A DNA stretch of 64,000 bases from Eledone cirrhosa (GCA_964016885.1 OZ024761.1:2170001-2234000), one strand, 5' to 3'. Positions 11,268-24,710 are shown, counted from the first letter of the stretch. Notes: generated from the sequence alone by a model not told the origin. Numbers and translations are program-made.

Positions 11268-14200
11268 TTAATTCTCTAAAGCCTCATGGTAAACGACGTT
11301 TTGTGTCTTGCCCTCAAGAGCATGGATGAAGAGGCTTTGTGGACTCCTGACCCTTGAGCACCCAACATACAACTGGCCATGTGAAAAAACAGGTTCAGAA
11401 AGTTCTAAGCCAACCACCTGCAATGACTGCCCTTGCGCCTTGTTAATGCTCATTGCAAATCTTAATTTCAATGGAAATTGCAGTCGTCGAAACTGAAAGG
11501 GCATGTCGGATGGAATGAGCAGTATTCTGGGTATGAAGACATCCTCACCACTGGCTGGTCCTTTTAAGACAGTAGCCTCTAAGACTTTTGACATCATGGT
11601 CTTAATGGTCAGCCGCGTTCCGTTACAAAGTTTCGGAGGGTCTAGGTTTCTTAACAGCATAACTGGAGAGCCTCTTTTAAGTAGCAAGTTATGCTGGGGA
11701 AGTCCTTGTGGTGTAAGGCTGTTTAGAAATTCAACCGGGTAATGCACCGCCTCGTCCGTGTTGGGAACAGAGTCTATGGACTTGTAACTGATGGAATCAC
11801 CAGGGAGTTGTTCTAGGAGTCTAACATTTAATGCATCCACAGTGACATTCTTCGGCGCTAAGATTGCGCGCTGCTTCAGCCAATCGGGATCAGTGTAATT
11901 TCTGGGTAGGTAAGGAAACACCACTGACATGAGATTTTCGGCGTTAGGTACGACATGCCCAAACGGAAGACATATAACACCGTCATTTTCGCCAACTATA
12001 GTGCCATTGCCTATTTCCAATAGTTGCCTGGAGAACACCGCGGTTTCTTCATCACCACTAAGATGGACTCTCATGTTAGTTGTAAGATGCATCTTTTTTA
12101 TATTCTGCCACAGGTAGGAACACCTGATGCTTGCGTTCACCTCGTCTGCCCTTGTTCCTTTCGGAATAATAGGAAGGGTCTGACGGAAATCCCCAGCAAG
12201 CAAAACTGTCACACCACCCATAAGCCGTGTATTCTGCCTAAGATCCTGAAGGGTACGGTCGAGAGCCTCGAAGGCGCCTTTATGGCTCATTGGCGCTTCA
12301 TCCCAAATGATGAGGCTGCACTCGTTCAGAATTTTGTCTTTTGTCGAGCCGCGACTGATATTGCAGGTGGGCGTTTCCCTCTTGGATAAATCTAAGGGTA
12401 GCCTAAATGATGAATGGGCTGTGTGACCACCATGTATCAGGGTTGCTGCTATGCCACTGGAGGCCACTCCTAAAGCAATTTGTCCTCGTTGCCTAACTTT
12501 AGCCAGAAGCAAGTTGATGACGAAGGTTTTGCCTGTTCCCCCGGAGCATCAAGAAAAAAAATACCTCCTGCTTTGCTGTCAATGCTGTAGATTATCGTGT
12601 TGTAGGCAGTCCTCTGGTCTGACAATAGTTGAGGCTCATTGAGCTGTACATATGCTGCCAAATCCACCTGGTCGTAGCTGACCTCGCGCATGTACTCGAT
12701 GTTTAATGGACTGGATGCTTGCTGTGGTTGGGGCAAACCGAAGGTAGCGACGCCCTGACCTCCCATTGCTTGGACTCGTTTATCTAGGTCGAGTAAGGCC
12801 TCGTTGTAGATAGCAGAATTATATTCAAACCGAGCCGTAGGGTCCTGACGCTGAAGTCGGCGGAGGAAGTCTTCGGCCATGCTGTTTTCGTGTGCCTCCC
12901 AAAACTTTAAGGGGTCACTCAAACCACATGTCATCAGCATGATCGAAAACAACTGGCGCAGTTGAATTGGTGCTTTGAAGGCAGCAGCCTCCTCCAGAGT
13001 CCGATCCCATTGAGCGCCATCTTCCAAGAGTCCAAGTTTTGCACACGCCTCTCTATACGTAGTGCAGAGGTTGCCGTTGATGCGCCGTAGCTCAGTCAAA
13101 GAAGTAGGACCCCTAATACTGTGCAGCAACATACGTAAATAAAAGCACTCATGGTGATTTGGATGCACTGTGTACACCCTCCCGATGGCATCGCTTTTTA
13201 AACGTCTTCTCCGTTCATGTGAACGCGTGCTCCCTGTCGGCGCCTGGTCCATTTATTATGTGCCTAGGTGTAGTAAGTTGGGACGTCGGCATAGAGAAGC
13301 ATTTTAGCAAACGGATCTTCTTGGCACAATTGGAAGAAAGCCGTTAATTTTGTTGCAGGTGGGTTGGCCACAACGCGGCTGGCGGTTTCGTCAGTATAGT
13401 ACACTCTTTGCCCATTCTCCAAGTGAATATTCAAGTTTACGACTGTTGGAGAGCGCTGATGAATGTCAAAACCAAAAATCCTCCAAATCGCCTGATTGGA
13501 TGAAATGTACCTGCTGATTTGATATTGCTGTATCTCATCAGGTTGTGCCCTGCCACCTTGGAGTTCAATGACAGCCATATCCCCTCCCTTGTTTTATGTA
13601 CTTGCATATGTACTTAATGCTCTTCACCGACGTACATGACTCAATATTGATGTGAGCATTAAACATTTTGGCAAGAAGAGGGTTATATGGTACCACCCAC
13701 CTGTTGTCGAGGACAATCTCCTGCCCGTGCAGCTTTATTTTTGCTGTAGCCCCACCATCCGCGGGTGCGCGCCGTCTACAGATGGGATAGCCGTCGATCC
13801 CTGTACGTGTTTCCCGTGTAAAAGGTCGTGGAAACCTTTTAGTGCACTTGTTATTCTCCATGCAAGGTGAATTAAAGTTAAGGGCGCCGCAGGGTCCGTG
13901 CATCAATTGTTTGCTCACGGTGTTGAACAGTTGCACATCGGTTTGCGGATCGGGCAGTTCTGCGCAAATAATGTTGTCCATGTCCGTTGGCCGTATCCTG
14001 TCCTTGCACCATATAAGGATGTGACTATGTGGTAGACCCCGCTTCTGCCACTCCACGGTATACATCCATGCATTAAGACCACCGAATATTTTACCGTCTT
14101 TCAGTAGCCACATCAATTTCTTGAGTTTCTGCTGGAAGACTCTGGCTATGAGGTCGTGCCTGTCACTATTCACCTGGCCCTGGAAGAGGTAGGTTTGAAT

Positions 14201-16441
14201 TTCCTCCTATTCTGGATTGCAAGTGAAAGTGATGAAAAGATCAGGCCTGCCAAACTTACGGACGTAAGAGATTGCATCCTGAGTTCTTTGGTACATATAC
14301 CGGGGGGATCCTGTGAAACTTAATGGAAGGATCACCTGTTGTCTGACATTTCCGACATAGCCATCACGAATCAGGGCGTCCTGTAAATGGATGTATTCCT
14401 CCGCACGCAGTTTCTTTTGGTTGAGTCGAATAAAGAGCAGACGTTCTGCCTCGATTTTGGCAAACATGTCGACAATGAATTGATTCGTCAGCTGCCTGAA
14501 TCGAAGAAGCTGATTAAAATCTCCACTCCTTACCATAAAGCGGTAGGCATAAAAGTCCATACATGAAATGGATTTCCGTGATTCACTACCATTGGATGGA
14601 TTTACATGACGAAGAGCAAAATTGTATCCGTCCTCTCCGTGGGGGAATAAAAGAGGATACTGAAGGCAATCATAAGATCTATGTGTCTCTGTGACAAACA
14701 TCAGCCGACTGTCACGGTGCTGAAGGACGATATCGCATTTAACGTGCTCCTCGCCAACCAAAATCACTGTCACCTCATTGGTATTTGGTGCATTGAAACG
14801 ACGGGCATGCTCGCCAGCTGGTCGCCTGTCAGCCCTTATAATCACCTTGAGGTTCGGCGTGGTTTCAATTTGTTCCAAGGCATACTTGAAAGCGTGAACG
14901 TATGGATGAGTCACATGGAGCATTGTCTGCAGACCTACTACTATTCGCCTATCTACACCCTCGTTTAGCTTGCAGCGTTGGTCAATCTCGGCCTCACCTC
15001 CACCCAAAAAGAAAACCTGCAGAAACTTTGGCTCTTCATTTGGACGCGGACGAAGACTACCCATGCGATGGTAGCATTGGCCTTGAAGTCTGAATGTAGT
15101 GAAAACGTTGTTGTTGGGGTTCACGCTGTTGTTGGTGTTGTTATTGTCTACACCAAAGGAGGCCATCATGAAACAGGAATTGTATTTCCACATGTTACAG
15201 CGGAACGTTGTGGCCGTAGTGTCGTCACCTGTAAGTAGATTCAGAAGAACGTCTGGCGGGTCAGCCAATGCCTCTAGTTGCACCTTACCTCCTGCACAGC
15301 ACATAGAACGCGCCTCGCCTGGCCACTTCATTGCCTTGCAGGATGTACAGACATTATCCATTTTGCCAATGGAAACTGTAGGCAGAAGTCTGTAATCCTT
15401 AGAGGCGTTATATCTGAAGACTGCTTTTACCCAGCCTGAGCTCTTGGCAGCAGTAGCTAATGTATGCCGGGAACGTTTAGCAGCAAGCCAGTTGTCGCTG
15501 TCTGCCGTGGACTCCTCTGCATGCGCTTGTTGACGACGAAGTCGAATCCCAGCAAGCCTCGTCTGACGGGATGTTGGTGACTCCTCTGCAAGCGCTTGTT
15601 GGTGACGAAGGCGAACGCCAGCAAGACACGCCATGCGGGATGTTGGTGACTCCTCCGCAAGCGCTTGTTGGCGATGAAGGCGAACACCAGCAAGCCTCGT
15701 CGTACGGGATGTTGGTGACTCCTCTGCAAGCGCTTGTTGGTGACGAAGGCGAACGCCAGCAAGCCTCGTCGTACGGGATGTTGGTGACTCCTCCGCCAGC
15801 GCTTGTTGACGATGAAGGCGAACCCCAGCAAGCCTCGTCGTACGGGATGTTGGTGACTCCTCCGCAAGCGCTTGTTGGTGACGAAGGCGAACGCCAGCAA
15901 GCCTCGTCGTACGGGATGTTGGTGACTCCTCTGCAAGCGCTTGTTGGTGACGAAGGCGAACGCCAGCAAGCCTCGTCGTACGGGATGTTGGTGACTCCTC
16001 CACAAGCGCTTGTTAACGACGAAGGCGAACATCAGCAAGCCTTGTCGTACGGGATGTTGGTGACTCAACCAGCCGGGAAAGACGTCTATCAGCGAGTCGA
16101 GATTCGCGCTCAGCAGGTGTTTCCTAGAGAAAGTTAATTAATGCTACTGGTTAGCTAAGCCAAAGGCACTGTGCCAATAGTAAATTAGAAAATTGTAATA
16201 TGAACAAAAGGGAATCAAGGTAAGACAATAAATTTAATATAACTACGATTAGAATGTTGTAGTTGCTTAAAAGTGGTGACAGTTAAGATAAACGCAGTGC
16301 TTGCTAACATTAAGGGAGAATATTGCATAAAGGATTAACCAATTGTGAATGAACGCATACCTGAGAACGCTTAATTCGTCGTCTCAAAGCAGTAGCTGTA
16401 TCTTTTTTGGAGGTAAGTCTTGAACGTTTCCGTGTGGGCAT
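11268..16441 (-). pseudogene. Helitron Rep/helicase (HUH-Y2 Rep plus Pif1-like SF1 helicase) with stops and frameshifts; one predicted coding intron at 16124-16360
   Basis: Rep motifs GRPDLFITFTCNP, VEWQKRGLPHSHIL, KYICKY. Helicase motifs LDAPG/GTGK (frameshifted), IIWDEAPM, AGDFRQ, SINKAQGQSL, HGQLYVGCSRV. Stops at ~16014, 14207 and 13264; frameshifts near 13580, 13260 and 12540. Confidence 0.93.
15510..16068 (-). repeat. 69-bp (23-aa) coding tandem repeat in the Helitron N-terminus, ~8 copies
   Basis: EESPTSRTTRLAGVRLRHQQALA repeated; atgttggtgactcctc recurs every 69 nt. Confidence 0.92.
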
Positions 16442-16876
16442 AACGACGTGTAACGAAGCTATTAGGTTAGAGAGGGGTGATTAATTACAGAGAGAGGTGA
16501 CACCATATTCGCTAGCATGGTTACTGGTGAATGGGAAGGTTTGGAAATATGATTATAATAACTTACCAAATATTCCGGCCTAAAATACCTAAATTTCATC
16601 AAAAAACAACTCAGCGCTTTATACTCCGGTGAGCCTTATGTATAAATAATAGAATGGTAATCAATCACGGCTCTAACAGAAGTAATAGATCTAGACTAAT
16701 AGACTCCCGCTATACACACACACACACTTACGTAAGGATGACATATAAAAAATATATAAAAAAAGCTATAGACATACACGTACACAGTCGTCTGCCTACA
16801 TGCCCATCTACAGACACAGATACAGACTCGCTCGCAAACACACATATATAGACCCTCTTCCTGATATATCAAGCGT

Positions 16877-17244
16877 TAGCCTAATATTTTTTTTAACGAT
16901 CGACTTTCGTCAAATCGGACCGAGGGAACAATGTTTCCATTGGTCTTTCCAATTGCTAATACTATCTATCGGTCGCAACTCCAGGTAGAAGGAGCAACGT
17001 GAAAGGAGCAAAGTGAAGGCGTGTGGCGGAGTGGTTAGAGAATTGGATTCGCAATCGTAAGGTTGTGAGTTCGATTCCTGGACCAGGCGATGCGTTATGT
17101 CCTTGAGCAAGACACTTTATTTCACGTTGCTCCTTCTACCTGGAGTTGCGACCGATAGATAGTATTAGCAATTGGGAAGACCAATGGAAACATTGTTCCC
17201 TCGGTCCGATTTGACGAAAGTCGATCGTTCCTCTAGCCTAATAT
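16877..17244 (+). mobile_element. CORE-type SINE variant with an inverted copy of its own 3' part placed upstream, flanked by the direct repeat tagcctaatat
   Basis: tRNA-like head at 17016-17090; 16895-17003 is the reverse complement of 17119-17229; tagcctaatat at 16877 and 17234. Confidence 0.7.
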
Positions 17245-17324
17245 ATACCTTCCATATACTGTACCGATTGTGTTGTTTCTTCTGTTTACCTTTTACATAC
17301 ATATATATATAAAATGTGTATATG

Positions 17325-17368
<44 letters not shown>

Positions 17369-17374
17369 ATATTT

Positions 17375-17630
17375 CGAATACCTGATGATGTCACCGGATT
17401 CATACTGAACCCGGTCATTGAAATGATCATAGTATAATAAACCTTTAAGGAATTACACCAGTCCAGCCTCCTGTTATCTTACAATAATTAACTCCGTACT
17501 CGCACCACCAACAACACGAACGAAGACGGGTGAGTTGCATTACGTCGAGTGCTCTCCCTAATATTACATCGAGGTTGACCATACGGAATGACCAGTTCTA
17601 TCCAGTGGTGAACCAACAAACCTAAATAAA
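17375..17630 (+). mobile_element. PLE pseudo-LTR remnant with hammerhead motif
   Basis: ctgatga-tgtcaccggattca/tgaacccggtca-ttgaaa-tgatc, then AATAAA; tcgagtgctctccc is shared with the pseudo-LTR at ~33130; (TA)-rich on both sides. Confidence 0.6.
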
Positions 17631-17651
17631 TATATATATATATATACATAT

Positions 17652-17753
<102 letters not shown>

Positions 17754-17898
17754 TTTATATATATATATACATATACACATTTTATATATATATATATATA
17801 CATATACACATTTTATATATATATATATATATACATATACATATTTTATATATATATATACATATACACATTTTATATATATATATATATATACATAT

Positions 17899-17930
<32 letters not shown>

Positions 17931-18139
17931 CATATACACATTTTATATAAATATATATATATATATAAAATGTGTATATGTATATATATATATATATAAA
18001 CAAAACAACAAAAACAACTGCGTAAAGAGCAATAACACTAACCATGTTATGGCTGCGCACGGTAGTGGGGTGGCTAGTGTGGCCATGTGTGAGAACCCCC
18101 TGACCGTCTTCAAGCAATCGCACAACAGGAAAAAGAACG

Positions 18140-19462
18140 GTACGTCGCATCTCAGAGTTGTCACACTTAATGTTGGCGCTCTAACAGGTAGATCAGGTGA
18201 GATAGGGGAGATGCTGGAGAGAAGGCATGTGGATGTGTGCTGTGTGCAAGAGGTGAGATGGAGAGGTGCCTCTGCAAGATTAATCGCAGGCAAAATCTTA
18301 GTTATAAGCTTTTCTGAGTAGGTAAGGATGTTGGGTTAGGGGGAGTAGCCATTTTCCTGGCTGAGAGATGGATCAATAAGACAATAGAGGTAGTTCGAGT
18401 TAGTAATCGAATAATTAAGCTTAGATTAGTTGTAGGCAGGAGACTACTGACAATCATCTCTGCCTATGCTCCCCAAGCAGGCCTAGGTAAAGAAGAGAAA
18501 GACTGCTTTTACAAGCAACTTTTACAAACAGCCGCAATGACATAGGACGGAGACATCGTTATGCTAGCAGGAGACTTCAATGGTCATGTTGGACAGCTCC
18601 AGGATGGTTACACTGGGGTACATCATGGGCATGGTTACGGCTCAAGAAATGAAGAAGGAGTGAGCCTTCTTGAATTTTGTGATGCAAATGCATTAATCAT
18701 TTGCAACACTAACTTCAAGAAACCTACCAACCACCTAAAAACCTACAAATCAGGCGAGCACATAAGCCAGATTGACTTCATGCTAGTTAGACAGCGAGAC
18801 AGACGGATGTTGTCAAACACTAAGGCTTACCCTGGGGAAGAATGTACCCCACAGCATAGGTTAGTCGTTAGTGACATCTCAGTAAGCAAGAGAGAGAATG
18901 AGACATACAGGAAGGTGTGGAAAAGAAAGGTCTGGAAGCTAAAATCCCTTTCATTAAAATATAAATTTAGCAAAGCCCTTCAAGACATGTACGATGAAAA
19001 AGAAGACGATTTAGAGTTGTACAACATAGATGATAACGGGAATTTCTTGCGTGACAACTTACTGCAGGCTACTGAAGAAACTTGTGGTTGGGGCAGAGCT
19101 TCAACTAGACAGAGAGTGACCTGGTGGTGGAACAGCACAGTAGAGACAAAAGACTGGGATGGAAAGCTTGGAAAAAGGGTGGGAGTAGAGATGGATACAC
19201 AGCCGCTAAAAGAGAAGCTAGACGTCAGGTGTACTTAGCACGCAGGGAGGCTGAGAGTAGAAGGGTTGCCAATGTTCTGCGACAGGAAGATCAGAGACGT
19301 GCGGTGTTCCGCATTGCAAGGCAGTGTGTCAATGCAAATCAGGATGTTGTTGGAGATAAGTGTGTCCTTAGTGTCACGAATGATCAAAAGAAGGAGGCCT
19401 GGAAATGTCACTATGAGAGACTGATGAATGTAGAGGACGAATGGGACAGAGAGGAATTACTT
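18140..19462 (+). mobile_element. RTE LINE 5' part (APE endonuclease domain), degenerate
   Basis: [49 protein letters not shown]. Confidence 0.9.
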
Positions 19463-19469
19463 TTGTCTT

Positions 19470-21650
19470 AGCTAGGTTCACTCACAGTTCTCTTGATTCC
19501 AACTGCTGTTTCCATAGCCAGAATTTATTCTCTAGTTCCTCTACTGATTCTGCTATAAGAACCAGATTGTCAGCATAGAGAAGTTCCCATGGACAGCCGG
19601 TCTTAAACTCCTCTGTTATGGATTGGAGGACTATAATGAACAAGAGCGGGCTGAGGACCGAACCTTGATGTACTCCTACTTGTATCAGGAATTCCTCACT
19701 CTGACTTTACTGACAGCACCTCTGTACAAAGTTTGCACTGCCCTCACAAGCCATTCCTCAACACCTAGTTTCCTTGGGGACCACCAGATGACAGATCGGG
19801 GTACCCTATCAAAGGCCTTCTCTAGGTCAACAAAGGCTAAGTATAGTGGCTTATTCTTTTCTAAGAACCTCTCTTGTAATTGTCTCACCAAGAGAAGGGC
19901 ATCTGTTGTACTTTTCCCGGGCACAAAACTAAGCTGCATCTCATCTAGCTTGACCCTTTCTCTAATTAGTTATGCTAATATCCTTTCTGCCACTTTCATA
20001 ACCTGATCCATCAGTTTCACACCCCTATAATTGCTCCTCTCCAGAGCATCCCCTTTACCTTTGAAGCAATTTATGAGAATACTGCTCCACCAGTCTTTGG
20101 GTATGACACCACCATATATAGCCTGATTGATGATGCGTGCAACCAGTTTAGTGCCTACGTCCCCTGATGCCTTCATGATCTCAGCAACTATCCCCAACGG
20201 TCCAACAGCCTTACCATTTTTCATTTCCTTAATCACCTCTTGGACCCTATATTCGTCAATCTCAATAGCTGGTCCCTCTGTCGGATCTACTGAGGGTAAT
20301 TTTTCTCTCTCCCTTTCGTTCTCCACATTCATCAGTCTCTCATAATGACATTTCCAGGCCTCCTTTTTCTGATCATTCATGACACTAAGTACACCGGCAT
20401 CATTCCAGACACATCTCCAACAACATCCTGATTTGCATTGACACACTGCCTTGCAATGTGGAACATCGCACACCTCTGATCTTCCCGTCGCAGAGCATTG
20501 GCAAACCTTCTACTCTCAGCCTCCCTGCGTGCTAAGTACACCTGACGTCTAGCTACTCTCTTAGCGGCTGTATATCCTTCTCTATTCCCACCCTTTTTCC
20601 AAGCCTTCCATGCTAGTCTTTTGTCTCTAATGGCCTTATCTACTGTGCTGTTCCACCACCAGGCCACTCTCTGTCTGGTAGGAGCTCAGCTCCAGCCACA
20701 AGTTTCATCAGTAGCCTGCAGTAAGTTGCCACGTAAGAAATTCCCGTTATTATCTATGTCATACGTCTCTAAATCGTCTTCTTTTTCGTTATACACGTCT
20801 TGAAGGGCTTTGCTAAATTTGTATTTTAGTGAAAGGTCTTTTAGCTTCCAGACCTTTCTTCTCCACACCTTCCTGTACGTCTCATTCCATCTCTTGCTTA
20901 CTGAGATATCACTAACGACTAACCTATGCTGTGAGGTACATTCTTCCCCAGGGTATGCCTTGGTATTTGACACCATCTGCCTGTCCCGCTGTCTAACTAG
21001 CAGGAAGTTAATCTGGCTTATGTGCTTGCCTGATTTGTAGGTTATTAGGTGGTTGGCAGGTTTCTGGAAGTTAGTGTTGCAAATAGTCAGTGTACTTGCA
21101 TCACAAAATTCAAGAAGTCTCACTCCTTCTTCATTTCTTGAGCCGTAACCGTGCCGACCATGTACCCCAGTGTAACCATCCTGCAGCTGTCCAACATGAC
21201 CATTGAAGTCCCCTGCTAACATAACGATGTCTCCGTCCTCTGTCATTGCGGCTGTTTGTAAAAGTTGCTCGTAAAAGCAGTCTTTCTCTTCGTTGCCTAG
21301 GCCTGCTTGGGGAGCTTAGGCAGAGATGATTGTCAGTAGTCTCCTACCTACAACTAATCTAAGCATAATTATTCTATTATTAACTCGACTACCTCTATTA
21401 TCTTATTGATCCATCTCTCAGCCAGGAAAATGGCTACTCCCCCTAACCCATCATCCTTATCTACCCAGAAAAGCTTATAGCTAAGATGTTTGGCTGCGAC
21501 TAGTCTCGCAGAGGCACCTCTCCATCTCACCTCTTGCACGCAGCAGACATCCACATGCCTTCTCTCCAGCATCTCCACTATTTCAGCAGATCAACCTGTG
21601 AGAGTGCCAACATTAAGTGTTGCAACTCTGAAATGCGACGTCTTCATATT
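19470..21650 (-). mobile_element. RTE LINE (APE plus RT up to YAD motif), degenerate, 3'-truncated, convergent with the previous copy
   Basis: APE motifs plus RT motifs FKGKGD...SNYRGVKL, AFVDLEKAFDRVPR, and WELLYAD at ~19575-19590. Confidence 0.92.
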
Positions 21651-21694
21651 TTTGTTGTGTCCTATATACTTGTTGCTGTGTTTATAATCGTTTA

Positions 21695-21758
<64 letters not shown>

Positions 21759-22039
21759 TTATATTTTACTCTTAATAATTCGGCCGGAGAATTATATTCC
21801 CATTTGCCCTTTATAGCATAACTTTCTGCATTTACTGCGGTTATGAGAAGCGGTTCTTATTCGGGTACAACTTCTGATTTAGCCTAAGAAAATATCTATA
21901 TGCGTGTGTAATTTATACAAGCATATATTTATTTTTTTATTTTCAATTGAGTCCTTAAACACGTTGGATTGATAATGTTTTCAAAAAAACTAATTAACCC
22001 GCGTGTATATTATTTTTTTCCTCATTTCGTGAGTTGTCT

Positions 22040-22162
22040 CCCCTTCCCGCTTCGTGTCGCTATGATACTTCCTCAGTCAAAAACTGCTGGAATTTCAAAT
22101 TTGGCGGTCATTCGAGGCGAGAGAGAGCTACTTTACGGACATGATTTTTGACAGCGGTAAGA
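22040..22162 (+). promoter_or_regulatory. Possible promoter and first exon of an unidentified gene
   Basis: Unique, locally CpG-richer sequence with TTCCCGC, TTTCAAA-TTTGGCGG (CHR-like and E2F-like) and a donor-like GCG|GTAAGA at 22156/22157. Confidence 0.3.
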
Positions 22163-22505
22163 AATTGTTTTCTTATATCAATGTTTAATGGGCTTCCACT
22201 GATGATTTATAAGTGCCCACCTAAATATATTCTTACATGAATATATATTAGGCTTCTACATAAACTGGAAACATTCTCCCAAACTTGTAGAAAACTTATA
22301 ATGAAACAATTGTTTGGAAAGAGAGATATACTTTAACTTTAATTATATCTCATAAAATAATACAACTGGTTTTTCCACATTATACATATTGTTAGCACCC
22401 CAAACACTTAAATTGAGTTTATATTTTAATATAACCTAATGTTTGTTGAGTGAGATGGTTACCAGTCAGAGTTTAGTTTTAAACTATCTCTGTTATTGTA
22501 TTAAT

Positions 22506-22558
<53 letters not shown>

Positions 22559-23065
22559 ATGTATATATGTATGTAAACAATCTGTCTATTGATCTCAATA
22601 ACTATAACAATGTTTATTATCTTGAATGCAGTGAATTAACAGAAAACAGAAGAGAATGAAAGATAGAGTGAGAGGGAAGGGGGAGAGGTAGGAAGGAGAG
22701 TGAGAGGGAGCAGAAGTAAGAGTGTCTGGTGATGGATGTCTGGTAGGCAGAGTAGAGAGAACATGTAGACCTTATGAGAGACAGAGGCTAGATTGTTTGC
22801 AAGGGGGTTACTTCTGCTGGACATAAGGAAACTTTGTTTCGTTTCTTTCAAGAGGCCTCCTGTACAGAAAGGGCATCCAACCAGAGAAAACCTGCTAGAA
22901 AGGGTCGAGAGAACTATTCAGTTGTGTTAAAAAAATGACAGCTTCTTTGATGTTGGTGCTTGACATGGAAAATACACCCAGTACACTCTGTAAAGTGGTT
23001 GGTGATAAGAAGGGGAACCAGCCATATAAAACTATGCAAAAAAAAAAAGAGGAGTCTTTAGTGAG

Positions 23066-24192
23066 ACATGGAGTATTGAATGTGGGAAGATCTGTGGAAG
23101 TTACATGGAGTATTGAATGTGGGAAGATCTGTGGAAGTTACATGGAGTATTGAATGTGGAAAGATCTGTGGAAGTTACATGGAGTATTGAATGTGGGAAG
23201 ATCTGTAGAAGTTACACGGAGTATTGAATGTGGGAAGATCTGTGGAAGTTACATGGAGTATTGAATGTGGGAAGATCTGTAGAAGTTACATGGAGTATTG
23301 AATGTGGGAAGATCTGTGGAAGTTACATGGAGTATTGAATGTGGGAAGATCTGTGGAAGTTACATGGAGTATTGAATGTGGGAAGATCTGTAGAAGTTAC
23401 ATGGAGTATTGAATGTGGGAAGATCTGTGGAAGTTACATGGAGTATTGAATGTGGGAAGATCTGTAGAAGTTACATGGAGTATTGAATGTGGGAAGATCT
23501 GAGGAAGTTACATGGAGTATTGAATGTGGGAAGATCTGTGGAAGTTACATGGAGTATTGAATGTGGGAAGATCTGTGGAAGTTACATGGAGTATTGAATT
23601 GGGGAAGATCTGTGGAAGTTACATGGAGTATTGAATGTGGGAAGATCTGTGGAAGTTACATGGAGTATTGAATGTGGGAAGATCTGTAGAAGTTACATGG
23701 AGTATTGAATGTGGGAAGATCTGTGGAAGTTACATGGAGTATTGAATGTGGGAAGATCTGTGGAAGTTACATGGAGTATTGAATGTGGGAAGATCTGTGG
23801 AAGTTACATGGAGTATTGAATATGGGAAGATCTGTGGAAGTTACATGGAGTATTGAATGTGGGAAGATCTGTGGAAGTTACATGGAGCATTGAATGTGGG
23901 AAGATCTGTGGAAGTTACATGGAGTATTGAATGTGGGAAGATCTGTGGAAGTTACATGGAGTATTGAATGTGGGAAGATCTGTGGAAGTTACATGGAGTA
24001 TTGAATATGGGAAGATCTGTGGAAGTTACATGGAGTATTGAATGTGGGAAGATCTGTGGAAGTTACATGGAGCATTGAATGTGGGAAGATCTGTGGAAGT
24101 TACATGGAGTATTGAATGTGGGAAGATCTGTGGAAGTTACATGGAGTATTGAATGTGGGAAGATCTGTGGAAGTTACATGGAGTATTGAATG
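23066..24192. repeat. 37-bp minisatellite (acatggagtattgaatgtgggaagatctgtggaagtt), ~30 copies
   Basis: Head-to-tail, highly homogeneous units with no spacers. Confidence 0.97.
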
Positions 24193-24544
24193 CAGGACAT
24201 GTGGATGTTGCTGTTAACATACTTGAATGTTGGGACAAAAGTGTGCCGTGAAGGACTGGTAATTGAAGTATATCTGCTGTTATTATGTAGGACAGATAAC
24301 TGTAGGAGAGAAGACATGTGATGTATGAGAAAGATGGCGGTACAGTGGTAGAGTTGTCTCCTGAACATGGGGTCACGTCTCTGACTGAAGAACACATGGA
24401 AAGCATCAAGGAGGGTGGAGTCAAATCTCAGTTTTCTTAGGGAAGTAGGGTGGGGTCACACATACAAAAATGACAGAACTTTATGACAAGTGCTGGAATG
24501 TCCTCCTACACAGATCAGTCTAAACCATGGTAGCAATAGTAAAA

Positions 24545-24710
24545 CATGGTGGTGGTGGTGGTGGAGATGGTGGTAATGGTGGTGGTGGCAGTGGTGGTGG
24601 TGGTGAAGATGGTGGTAATGGAGGTGGTGGTTGTTGGTGGTGGTGGTGGCAGTGGTGGAGAAGGTGGTAGTTGTGGTTGTGTTGATGGTGGTAGTGGTGG
24701 TGGTGGAGAT
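24545..24710. repeat. Degenerate (GGT)n microsatellite
   Basis: Direct inspection. Confidence 0.85.

Larger units (their letters stand above)
11268..16852 (-). mobile_element. Helitron (rolling-circle transposon), decayed autonomous copy
   Basis: RepHel coding region; candidate 5' end TCTATATATG at 16852; a canonical CTRR 3' end was not located, so the left boundary is uncertain. Confidence 0.9.

Noticed and set aside
11268-12512. Host PIF1 helicase gene
   Set aside because: Contiguous with HUH Rep motifs and frameshifted at Walker A; it belongs to the Helitron.
15457-16137. Alternative-frame and antisense ORFs over the Helitron repeat
   Set aside because: By-products of the 69-bp repeat; only the EESPTS frame continues into Rep motifs.
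23066-24192. CRISPR-like array (37-bp repeats); also the 49-bp and 17-bp arrays
   Set aside because: Units are contiguous with no unique spacers, there are no cas genes, and the context is eukaryotic.
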